DNA from: Antedon mediterranea
Lineage: Eukaryota > Animalia > Echinodermata
NCBI RefSeq assembly: GCF_964355755.1
Contig: NC_092676.1
Coordinates: 13,658,871 to 13,722,870 of the forward strand
Length of the DNA: 64,000 nt
Direction: 5' to 3'
The notes beneath the pieces are model-generated. The model was not told where the DNA came from. It searched no databases and saw only the letters and a program-made list of their open reading frames with translations. Positions 1 to 11,197 of this stretch are shown here, piece after piece. The first letter of the stretch is position 1; the number at the start of each line of letters is the position of its first letter. The translations under genes and the position numbers were made by a program.

Positions 1-15
1 CTACTACTAGAATAT

Positions 16-1771
16 GGGTGTGTAGAAAGCGACGACCTCGAATTGGACGACCCCAACGACCCGGGCGACCTCGAATTGGACGACCTAGAATTGGACGACC
101 CATAACACGAAACCGACGACCCCTATAATAGCCTAGCCTAGCCTAGGCCTAAGTATGGTATAACATCCCGAAGCCGAACATAACCAAAGATCTTTAAACC
201 ATACCTTATATAATACTCGCAAGCAATCAATTGATTGAAAAAATACAGAAATATCGCCATTTGATACTGAATGTGTCGACACGAACAAACGAACAGATAT
301 GGAACGCCAAGAGTGCATCATTAAAACTGCATTCGACTCGATTAGCACACGAAATATCATAAACATGGCAAACCAGGCCCCTTTTTCAGCGGCAGGTAAG
401 GTTTGACCATGGAGGTACTCCATGGTTTGACCAGCTCCATGGTTTGGTAAAAATATTTTTATACCTCCATGGTTTGACCGTATACAATGCATGTGTGAAA
501 TGTAAAGCTTTCTTATGGCCCTCCCCATGCAGGATTAGGCCAAGTTGAGCCGCCGACAAAGGCGCCGCCAGAAAAACGTTATTTTCTATGAAACGCCAAA
601 TGCTTACTTTCGCCGGTGCTCGTTTCTATTTAATAGAAGTTCTATTTATATTAATTATTAGATATAACGATGTATATTCCAAAGTTTATATATCACGGTT
701 TTTAGTATATATTATTAAATATTATAATTAAAGAGAAATAATTATGAATATCTGACTTGTAGATTCCAAAATATAAGGCCTAAAACATGACCGAAAATGA
801 TCGTTTTTAGCCAAAAATGACGTAAACATGTTGCCCCCTCAGGCGGCAGTTGAAGTAAAATAATTGCATAAAATCACCGTTTTTTAGTAAAATATTTTGT
901 GTATTAACATTGTAAAATTCAATAAAATATGATATTAAAAGATAGTAAATAAAAAATAATAATTATTTAACCTCATTCGAAGAATATCAATACTCTATTA
1001 GTCCTGAGAGACAACGTGATTTTACGTGGTAGGCATACACGCGAGAAAAATATTATGGAGTGCACTGCATTTTTACCTTGAAAGATTAAAAACAAATAAA
1101 TTATTAAATATGACTACTTTCCTTTGCTGTTTCAAACCAACAAAATTGTAGTATGTAATTATTATTTATTTTCATGACACAATAAACCTAAAGACCATGA
1201 ACTTATGTAGGGCCTACTAGGACACCACTCTATCACTACGCGAAATGTCGTAAAAGACGCACAGGCCGTTTCATAGAAATTACCGGCGGCTCAACTTGTC
1301 GGCGGCCCAACCGGTCATATCCCCATGCGGATGTTACGCTGCTTGGTAGGCCTATAGTGTTCGTTATAAGAAGACGAGATGTAATTATACGTCCATGGTT
1401 TAACCATGTATTGTATAATATTTATTTCTTTTTAATTTATTTTTAATATGTCGAATGCAGTTTTAATGATGCACTCTTGGCGTTCCATATCTTTTCGTTT
1501 GTTCGTGTCGACACAATCAGTATCAAATGGCGATATTTCTTTATTTTTTCAATCAATTGCTTGCTTGCGAGTATTATATGATAAGGTATAGTTTAAAGAT
1601 CTTTGGCTATGTTCGGCTTCGGGATGTTATACCACACTTAGGCCTAGGCTAGGCTAGGCTATAGGGGTCGTCGGTTTCGTGTTATGGGTCGTTCAATTCG
1701 AGGTCGTTCAATTCGAGGTCGCCTGGGTCGTTGGGGTCGTCCAATTCGAGGTCGTCGCTTTCTACACACCC
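16..1771. mobile_element. Non-autonomous palindromic DNA transposon, family A (MULE/Foldback-like), complete copy
   Basis: Starts GGGTGTGTAGAAAGCGACGACC and ends with its reverse complement; ~330-bp imperfect TIRs; 10-bp TSD ACTAGAATAT at 6-15 and 1772-1781. Confidence 0.9.
532..1322. mobile_element. Nested MULE-like MITE inside family A
   Basis: TIR-like ends GGATTAGGCCAAGTTGAGCCGCC / GGCGGCCCAACCGGTCATATCC flanked by CCCATGC; the second copy (7403-8166) has a perfect 9-bp TSD TGCATGGGG. Confidence 0.65.
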
Positions 1772-1939
1772 ACTAGAATATACAGGGGTTTAGAGACACA
1801 CAAAACTCCGCTATTCTATTATGAAATCAGCGGAGATAGGCCTAGAATCGTACCGCACTTGTGTAATCACTTCTTGTTGCTATACGCTTGGGTGCACACG
1901 GAACAAGAAAATTTAACTGATGAATTATTCATGTTTATT

Positions 1940-2170
1940 TTGTGACGTTTCACGATGGGGTCCCCAACTTATGTACGAAAAAAAAAATCGCTAGCGGGAC
2001 AGGGGTAAGTGGATACTCAAAGGCTTTCTTAAAGTCAATTATTCTACCATGCTTTGTTGAGGTGGCAAGAAGCTTTCCTAAAACATCCCGATTAGCTTAT
2101 ATTACTCTTACTTTCCCATTTGCCTTGATTTCGAGTTTCTTCCCACTATTCGAAAATAAAGTGAGATAAT
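1940..2170 (-). pseudogene. Transposase fragment, possibly Academ-like
   Basis: Minus-strand translation ...KVRVI*ANRDVLGKLLATSTKHGRIIDFKKAFEYPLTPVPLAIF with an internal stop resembles the YxLxPxPxxxF region of Academ-type transposases. Confidence 0.4.
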
Positions 2171-2329
2171 GTTATGGATCCTGGTCGAGCACTGCGAGAA
2201 ACAGACGCGGTATTGCACCAAAAATAATTGTAAGCTCAAAAATATTTTAATTTAACAATTTCCTTGCCAACGGCAAAAACAAGACCAGATTGATTGAGCT
2301 TATTCGCTGAAAATTTTAGCACTTTTGTA

Positions 2330-2966
2330 CAATTAGTGTGCGCATTTTGTCATTTTTAACGTGCTCGTATAGCGTTATTTTAAGTCGGAATGGACTCAAA
2401 ATTGGTGAATGTACTAAGGATTGTGAGTAGAATGTGATTTATACATCAAATTTGATTTTTTACGCATTTTAAGAATCGTGCGCACAAAAACGCATTTTTG
2501 CGCAGTAATTTTTTGAAACGCGCAAATGGCCTAATTCATGCTCTAAATTGATCAAAACCTAATTTTGCGCGTTTTAAATTTTTAACGCGCGATTTCACGT
2601 GCATGACCTTGAAACGCGCAACTTTTTATTTGCTAATATTTTTACCCTTGACCTGAAGTTTACCTGTAGTGAATTTCATTAATATGTCATAATGAATTAT
2701 GGAGATATGATTGATAATGTGATTTCACAAAATGGCGTATAAATGACGTCACGGATGAGTGATCACGCTGGAAAGCTGATTAGGATTAAGTTATATTATT
2801 TGAAAGATTTTCTGAAATTTTGGTAATCATTGACATTAAACTTTTTGAGATAATTGTTACACAAAATAGTGTACAGAAACAATAAAAAGAAAAAAAAAAG
2901 AAAAATAATAATAAAGATTTCATACAATAACAATAGGTGATCATTTTATTCTAAATGATCACCTAA
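2330..2966 (-). mobile_element. Partial Helentron-associated element (HINE family 1)
   Basis: Clearly homologous to ~6690-7287, including the terminal hairpin AGGTGATCATTTTATTCTAAATGATCACCT; left boundary approximate. Confidence 0.75.
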
Positions 2967-3139
2967 AAAGCAGATATCAAATCAAAAATAATAAAACAAT
3001 TACAGAAGCAAAAAAACAAAAGCAGATCGAAAGATACATTCTTCAAACTTTATTCAAATATAAGGCACAAGAACTTTAACATTATTTAATAAGGCACAAG
3101 GAACATATACTATTTTAACTTACTTAATCTGTTTAATTT

Positions 3140-3350
3140 ATATTATGCCATATCTTTCTCGCTACATAAATTCGTCAAGGTATTCCGGTAACCATTCCCG
3201 TTTACACCCATTCTTTTTAACTTTAATTTTTCACGATTCCAGTAGGATTCTATGTTTTGAGTGGACTCCTGTTATTGGATCAACAACATTCTTACTGTGG
3301 TTTACTGTTAAGTGTCCATCTACCACATCCAGGTCCTGTACTCTGGAATA
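3140..3350 (-). pseudogene. Merlin (IS1595/ISXO2-like) DDE transposase C-terminal remnant
   Basis: Minus strand with a frameshift and a stop gives HLTVNHSKNVVDPITGVHS..IESYWNR..EYLDEFM*RERYG, matching the HxTVNHS..DPxTG..IESxW..YLDEFxWR signature. Confidence 0.75.
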
Positions 3351-4119
3351 AACCTTCCATTTATTTGATGGTCATTTTAATATAAGGCATATTTTGATGA
3401 TTGTAACATCCATATTAATTATTTAATGATCAAGCATAGATGGTACTGTAGGTCTAATTTTAATAGATTGGTTTTTTAAAGATTTTCGATCGATTGTAAA
3501 TATCAATTACTTAAATATTTTATATTGAAATCAATCTAAATATAGGTGATAAACAGATTTTAATAGAAGACGTACTTTGAAGATTGAAAACATCTATGTA
3601 ATATAGGCATAGATTTATAAAATGTTATTGTTTATTTTTAAAAAAGAAACGTTTACAGAGAATCCCAGATCAAGTTCAGATACAATGAACATTGTAGGGA
3701 ACATAAGAACATGACAGAAACAAGATGTTTAGACAAGTAGAAAAAGAAATGTTATAATGGAGTTTGTTATTGTTATCAGTTATTGAAATAAGATTATTGG
3801 CATGTACAGTATTTATTTTGTCTGTATGGTATTTATATTTTTGTAATATTTTGTTTGGTTGGAATTCACTGAATCTTTTACAGTAATTTATTAATAACGG
3901 TACCTGTGATTTTACATTACCATTGACCATTGAAATCGACAGTAATTTTAATGTAGTTTTACAGTTATTTATCAACATTATTCTATGGAACGCCGTTTAC
4001 GCAACATTTCGATGATATGAATTTGATATGGAACGCCGTTTACGCAACATTTTGATGATATGAATTTTATGACGCGATATGTGAATGAAATGCATCGATA
4101 TGAATTGAATGGCGCGATA

Positions 4120-4315
4120 TATGAATGAAATGTTTTGAATTGAATGCTTTGAATTGAATGTTTTGAATGAAATGTTTTGAATGAAATGTTTTGAATGAAA
4201 TGTTTTGAATTGAATGTTTTGAATAAAATGTTTTGAATGAAATGTTTTGAACGAAATGTTTTGAATGAAATGTTTTGAATGAAATGTTTTGAATGAAATG
4301 TTTGAATTGAATTGA
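4120..4315. repeat. 15-bp minisatellite (TGAAATGTTTTGAA-like), likely subterminal array of the Merlin remnant
   Basis: About a dozen tandem units, followed by GGCGGCGTATGTCATTCCC, a possible TIR end near 4350. Confidence 0.8.
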
Positions 4316-4380
4316 AAAGTCAAACTATTGGCGGCGTATGTCATTCCCGCTCGTGATTTTGTTTTAACCTCTTAGGCCTA

Positions 4381-4537
4381 AGCCTGGGTACCCTCATCTC
4401 CTTTCCACGCTGTCATCAATATGGATCCTTTACAAAGAATCCTAACAGACCTGAAACATTGGAATACATATTTCCGAACCCAGGTCTGTTATGTTAGGAT
4501 TAAGGCAGCGTGGAAAGAAGATGAGGGTACCCACGCT
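4381..4537. mobile_element. Small MITE (~157 bp)
   Basis: AGCCTGGGTACCCTCATCTCCTTTCCACGCTG ... CAGCGTGGAAAGAAGATGAGGGTACCCACGCT imperfect 32-bp TIR. Confidence 0.7.
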
Positions 4538-5729
4538 GTAGTTTTACAGTAATTTATTTTCAACAGTACCTGTAATTCTACATTACGGTAAATTACTGGC
4601 GTCCAGATTGCTAGTAATTTACCGTTTTTTTATAAGAATTTTTTTAACAGTGTACTAGGCCCTATATATCCTGTACTGGGGAAGGGTTAGTGTGTGTTGC
4701 ATGAGAGAAAGTTCTGCAATTTTATTTCTGACTATTTTAGTTTTTGTGTCAGGATCAGCTGGAGAGAGAACCTCACGAACATTGCTAACTTTACTCATTG
4801 AGTTGAACCAAACATGACACTACTAAATAACACTTAAAACTGGGTCGTTGAAATAAAACATATATACCTTAAATTAAATATGTTACACAATGTATGTTTT
4901 GCTTAATCTTATGCCTTTAAGTGTACTGAATTTTTTAAAGTCATAAACTGTTGAGAAAAAAACAAACATGGATGTATTTATATAAATTGTTTTTCTGGCT
5001 GTTTTACTTTATCGTTTTGATTTAGCTTTTCGCTTTTTTTTGTATCTCTATTGAGATCCAGCCACTGATACCCACATCATTGTCATTGTTTCATTAATTT
5101 GCCTTTGGATTTATATAAATTAAAACATAAATTAAATAAGTTGTATACTGTATGTTTTCTCCTTATTGTGAATAACGTTTGAATGTATTTTTTCTTGTTA
5201 TTTGTAAGAGGCTATATAACTTGATTCGGCTGTTGAGAAAAAAAAATATAATAATATTACATGAAATGTAAAATAAAACATGATATGATTTAACTGTTGA
5301 CGGTAGAAAAACATTTTAGGGCCTACAGGCTATATAAATATAGTGTAAAATACGATATAATTTACAGACACATAGGCTAACTACAGCAGCAGTTTTTTGT
5401 TTGTTTTTATCAAACACAGTGAAATACAAAACAATTGGCACAATGACACGAACAATAGAAGCCTTAACAAGCCTGGCACACCCAACGGGCCAACCCAACA
5501 TATTGACTAACACCCCTATAAATAACAATGGAATAGTCCTATATTCAATACATGCCGAAAACTCAGGTTGATCCCTATACCTTATTATAATACTCGCAAG
5601 CAAGCAATTGATTGAAAAAATACAGAAATATCGCCATTTGATACTGATTGTGTCGACACGAAGAAAACGAAAAGATATGGAACGCCAAGAGTGCATCATT
5701 AAAACTGCATTCGACATATTAAAAATAAA

Positions 5730-7287
5730 CTAGAATTTAATTCGTCACTTTGACGAATTATAGGTGATCATTTTTATCATTTTATTGACATTAATATTTT
5801 TTTAAACATGCACGTACGTTAACATACAATCGAAAAATGTTGATGTATGCCATCCTATTATACGCTTATAGTGCTGAGTTATGCCTATTATATGCCATAT
5901 ACATTATGTACAGTATATACTGTATATCTATATACAGTGTAGCATAGGTGAAATTACGGGACACACATCATGTTCCATTTTTTTGGTATGATGGAATTAT
6001 CAAAATAAACTCAAAGATGACAATTTCGAAAGATAATGAATTGAGCAAATAAATATAAGAATTGGAAGAAAATTTGGCACGTAGAAGCGCTGTACGCGCT
6101 CTTTGAAATTTGTATAACTTTTACGAAAAAGATGAAAATACTACTTTTTAACTTCAACTGGCCATATGTTAACGTCACAACATCCAATAGGCTTGATTTT
6201 TGTATGAATTCATATCTACATTTCATCAGCTTTCATAATAAATTATAATCATCAAGGTAACCTTTAATTCTGAAGAGCTGTAAGATATTCAAATTTACGG
6301 TGAAGGTGAAATTACACGACCTATGTTAATCAAGTTTTTACGCGTGATGACGTCATCAAAATAAAAGTAGTGGCAAGTCATAAGAAAGTCAATTAATTGA
6401 GCAATCACATACTGAAAATTGAGCGAAAACCGGGCACAAAATAACAGAGATGCGTTCTATTGAATGTGAAAAAGAATGACAAAAGAGAAAAATAACTTAA
6501 TTTTAAATTCAAGTGGCCATTTGATGACGTAAAAACATTTTGTACGTAAAATGTGTACATGAATTCATATCTACAACTCAACGGCTTCCAGAAAAAGTTA
6601 AAGAAATTGGGGGTCATCGTGCATTCTGAAGAATTATTTTCATTTTTAAAATGCCTTATTTTTCACCATTTTCAACACTTTGATGCAATTAATTTGCGCA
6701 TTTTGTCATTTTGAACCTGCTCGTATAGCGTTATTTTATATCGGAACTGACTCAAATTTGGTGAATGTACTAAAGAAGGTGAGTAGAATGCGTATTTTTG
6801 ACGCTTTTTAAGTATCGCGCGCGCGAAAATTTTTTTTTGCGCAGTAATTTTTTGAAACACGCAAATGGCATAATTCATGCTATAAATTGATCAAAACTTA
6901 ATTTTGAGGTTTTTAAATTTTTAAAGCGTGATTTCACGCGCATGACCCTACGTGTGCGTGCGTTTTTATTTGGTAATATTTTTACACTTGACCTGAAGTT
7001 TACGTTTAGTGAATTACATTAATATGTGATAATTAATTATGGAGATATGATTGATAATGTGATTTCACAAAATGGCGTATAAATTACGTCACGGTTGAGT
7101 GATCACGCTGAAAAGCTTATTAGAACTAAGTTAAAGTATTTGAAAGACATTGTGAAATTTTGGTAATCATTGACATTAAACTTTTTGAGATATCTGTTAC
7201 ACAAAATCTGTACAGAAAGTAATAAATAATAACAAAGATTTCATACAATAACAATAGGTGATCATTTTATTCTAAATGATCACCTAA
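5730..7287 (-). mobile_element. Full-length Helentron-associated non-autonomous element (HINE family 1)
   Basis: Minus strand: 5' TTAGGTGATCATTT with adjacent inverted copy; 3' subTIR AAAATGATCACCT, hairpin AATTCGTCA-AAG-TGACGAATT, CTAG end; inserted in a T-rich site with no TSD relative to the empty site at ~1430-1450. Confidence 0.82.
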
Positions 7288-9237
7288 TTAAAAAGAAATA
7301 AATATTATACAATACATGGTTAAACCATGGACGTATAATTACATCTCGTCTTCTTATAACGAACACTATAGGCCTACCAAGCAGCGTAACATGTGCATGG
7401 GGGGATATGACCGGTTGGGCCGCCGACAAGTTGAGCCGCCGGTAATTTTTTCGCGTAGTGATAGAGTGGTGTCCTAGTAGGCCCTACATAAGTTCATGGT
7501 CTTTAGGTTTATTGTGTCATGAAAATAAATAATAATTACATACTACAATTTTGTTGGTTTGAAACAGCAAAGGAAAGTAGTCATATTTAATAATTTAATT
7601 GTTTTTAATCTTTCAAGGTAAAAATGCAGTGCACTCCATAATATTTTTCTCGCGTGTATGCCTACCACGTAAAATCACGTTGTCTCTCAGGACTAATAGA
7701 GTATTGATATTCTTCGAATGAGGTTAAATAATTATTATTTTTTATTTACTATCTTTTAATATCATATTTTATTGAATTTTACAATGTTAATACACAAAAT
7801 ATTTTAATAAAAAACGGTGATTTTATGCAATTATTTTACTTCAACTGCCGACTGAGGGGGAAACATGTTTACGTCATTTTTGGCTAAAAACGATCATTTT
7901 CGGTCATGTTTTAGGCCTTATATTTTGGAATCTACAAGTCAGATATTCATAATTATTTCTCTTTAATTATAATATTTAATAATATATACTAAAAACCGTG
8001 ATATATAAACTTTGGAATATACATCGTTATATCTAATAATTAATATAAATAGAACTTCTATTAAATAGAAACGAGCACCGGCGAAAGTAAGCATTTGGCG
8101 TTTCATAGAAAATAACGTTTTTCTGGCGGCGCCTCAACTTGTCGGCGGCTCAACTTGGCCTAATCCTGCATGGGGAGGGCCATAAGAAAGCTTTACATTT
8201 CACATATGCATTGTATACGGTCAAACCATGGAGGTATAAAAATATTTTTATACCTCCATGGTCAAACCGTCAAACCTTACCTGCCGTTGAAAAAGGGGCC
8301 TGGTTTGCCATGTTTATGATATTTCGTGTGCTAATCGAGTCGAATGCAGTTTTAATGATGCACTCTTGGCGTTCCATATCTGTTCGTTTGTTCGTGTCGA
8401 CACATTCAGTATCAAATGGCGATATTTCTGTATTTTTTCAATCAATTGCTTGCTTGCGAGTATTATATAAGGTATGGTTTAAAGATCTTTGGTTATGTTC
8501 GGCTTCGGAATGTTATATCATACTTAGGCCTAGGCTAGGCTAGGCTATTATAGGGGTCGTCGGTTTCGTGTTATGGGTCGTCCAATTCTAGGTAGGTCGT
8601 CCAATTCGAGGTCGCCCGGGTCGTTGGGGGGTATCGGATCATCTCGGTCGCGTTTCATTTCGGTCGCGCTTCCGGTAAATCGAACTTCCGGCGATTTCTA
8701 TGGAACGCCGCTCAATGCAGTACTGTACACTGTAAGCTCTAAGATCGAAGTGTAGTTCTATTATTTTTTAGGTGTTTATTTAAAAATGATTTTTATATAA
8801 TAATCATTATATTTAAATAAATATTGTAAAAACAGTATGTTATTAATATTAGTTTAACGTTTTTTTAAATGTTTTTATAAGCATTATATTTTGATATATT
8901 TTGTAAATATTCTATTTGTTTCTGACGGGAAAAATAACATACAAACTCACTTTACACTTTTGTCAATGATCATTCAATCTTTTTATTTTTAAAACAAAAA
9001 CATATACACAAATATTTACATATATTTAAAAACAAAACATAGATACGTTAATGTAATGCAAAACAAACTCGTTTCACACTGTTTTTCAATTCAATCCTTT
9101 TATTTTTAAAACAAAAACGCATATACAAATGTTTACATTCATCATTCAAATTGAAACCTTTTTATTTACATCTACAAACGATATTTTATTTATCTATGTA
9201 TTTAATATTTTATTTATTAGCAATATTTACATCTATC

Positions 9238-10660
9238 TCATCTACAAATCGCGAACATCATTTGAGATAACGCGCTATCCAGCGTAAGGAGCGATCTCTC
9301 TGATCGTTGGCCTTCGCGATACTCGTCCCAGAGGCGTAAGAGCGTTCTAGTTGCACGTCGTCGGTAAGCTTGTCGCTGAAGCCGGTCAACATCTTCGCGA
9401 TGAACTAATTCCATTGTGATGTGAACATTCTGACTCTCTTCATGCAGCAGCCCGATCAAGAGGTAGAGTTGAAGTTTTGCTGAAATAACAAAAATAACGA
9501 TATACTATAATTATCATGAGCAAGTTAACAACATAATACATAATATTATAATTGAAAAGTAATTTTCTTACCACGTCGTCCTTTTCGATTCAGTCTGTTG
9601 TGATACGGGTGTCTCGAAAACAGAGACCCAAGACCCAGGGTCTCTGTTTTCGAGAAAATCTCAAAAACAGAGACCCCCACTAAAACGTCTCAATATTACG
9701 TAATATAGGGGGTCTCTGTTTTCGAGATTTTCTCGAAAACCGAGACCCCCACTAAAACGTCTAAATAATACGTTATATAGGGGGTCTCTATTTTCGAGAA
9801 AAACTCGAAAACAGAGACCCCCTATATAACGTATTATTTAGACGTTTTAGTGGGGGTGGAGTCCCCACTAAAACGTCTCAAGAATGACGTATCAGTAATA
9901 AACGGTAACTGATATGCCGATCAAAGAACATGCCGCAACGATAAGAAGAGATTGACGAATTCTTGAACGCGTGTAAAAAGACTGTCATTTTGGAATACAA
10001 GGTCGACGTCCTAGAAGTAAGATGTATAAATGCATGCTGTGCCTTTTAGAAGCTAAAAAGCGGGAGATTATTTAAAAAGCTGACACTAGTTTCGTAACAT
10101 TTATTTACAAGCATAAAAGATAATAGCGTACAATGCAATAACAAAATGATATGAGGTCAGACTTTGAGGCAGACTGGAGGATAAAGACAAATATATTGTG
10201 TTGTTGGGCGAGCCTTAAAAAAGAAATGAATAAAAAAAAAATAAAAAATTGATAAATAAATAAACATAAATTCACGGTTTTTGCGATAAAAGTTGGGTGT
10301 TAATAATTTATGACCAAGCTTGGTGGGTATTTGCAACACTCTTAATAAACAGGGATTATATTAGGGGGTCTCGGGAAATCTCGAAAAAAGAGACCCCCAA
10401 TATAATGAGACGTTTTAGTGGGGGTCTCTGTTTTCGAGTTTTTCTCGAAAACAGAGACGTAACGTAATATTGACATTGAGACGTTTAGTGGGGTCTCTGT
10501 TTTTGAGAAAAACTCGAAAACAGAGACCCCCTATATTACGTAATATTGAGACGTTTTAGTGGGGGTCTCGGGTCTCTGTTTTCGAGGTCTCTGTTTTCGA
10601 GACACCTGTTGTGATACCCCTCAAGGTCGCTGTTGGTCCTCGTTGTCAACAGACAATATG
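9238..10660 (-). pseudogene. MULE transposase C-terminal remnant with a 92-bp intron, split by a MITE
   Basis: Removing the MITE plus one TSD copy and the GT-AG intron 9571..9480 gives [37 protein letters not shown]...LWDEYREGQRS, matching the RTNNxxEGWHNxLN motif. Confidence 0.8.
9607..10607. mobile_element. Palindromic MITE family B
   Basis: GGGTGTCTCGAAAACAGAGACC termini, arms built from CTCGAAAACAGAGACCCC repeats; 10-bp TSD GTTGTGATAC (9597-9606 and 10608-10617). Confidence 0.9.
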
Positions 10661-11197
10661 GTTTCATTCTAATTCAATAGCACGAGACATAATGCGACAC
10701 ATCAATGCATTATGCTTTTAAAAAATGTTACATTACATACATAATCGTAATAATATCTTTCAATCAGTGCAATATAGTGTATAAAATAGCTCAGTAAAGT
10801 CTCTCACTGATTTTAACTGGCACCAAACAAATATTCCCAATTTACTCATTCATAATTATTAACATATTGGAGTCGTCTTCGTAAGCTACTTGTTGTGTCC
10901 TTAAAATATAGATAAAAATCGTTACAAATGCAAAGAGGTTTATAAATTCGAACTGCTACACGTACCGAGTGCTGAAAGAGAGTTAAATCGGACAGTTAAG
11001 TCTCAATCCTATAATAGCATCCATTTTCGTATGCTTTATGCATAATTGACGCGCCATACACCACGATCGATATTGTTGAAAATTGACCTTGATTGACACG
11101 CGACCGAAATGAAACGCGACCGAGATGATCGTAATTCCGTTGGGGTCGTCCAATTCGAGGTCGTCGCTTTCTACACACCCCGTTTTCGGCCTACTTA

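Larger units (their letters stand above)
8630..11137 (-). mobile_element. Internally deleted MULE-derived element
   Basis: TIR core GATCATCTCGGTCGCGTTTCATTTCGGTCGCG at both ends; ~8-bp TSD CGTTGGGG (8622-8629 and 11138-11145); carries a transposase remnant. Confidence 0.82.
5575..11180. mobile_element. Family A second copy, inverted relative to copy 1, left end truncated, interrupted by two insertions
   Basis: 5585-5729, 7288-8629 and 11138-11180 join to the reverse complement of 16-~1580; ends CTTTCTACACACCC at 11180. Confidence 0.88.

Noticed and set aside
133-528. Repeated ORFs (133-528, 5316-5717, 8139-8543) as a gene family
   Set aside because: They are translations of family A TIR sequence with no recognisable domain.
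3997-4344. 115-aa repetitive ORF
   Set aside because: Translation of the 15-bp minisatellite.
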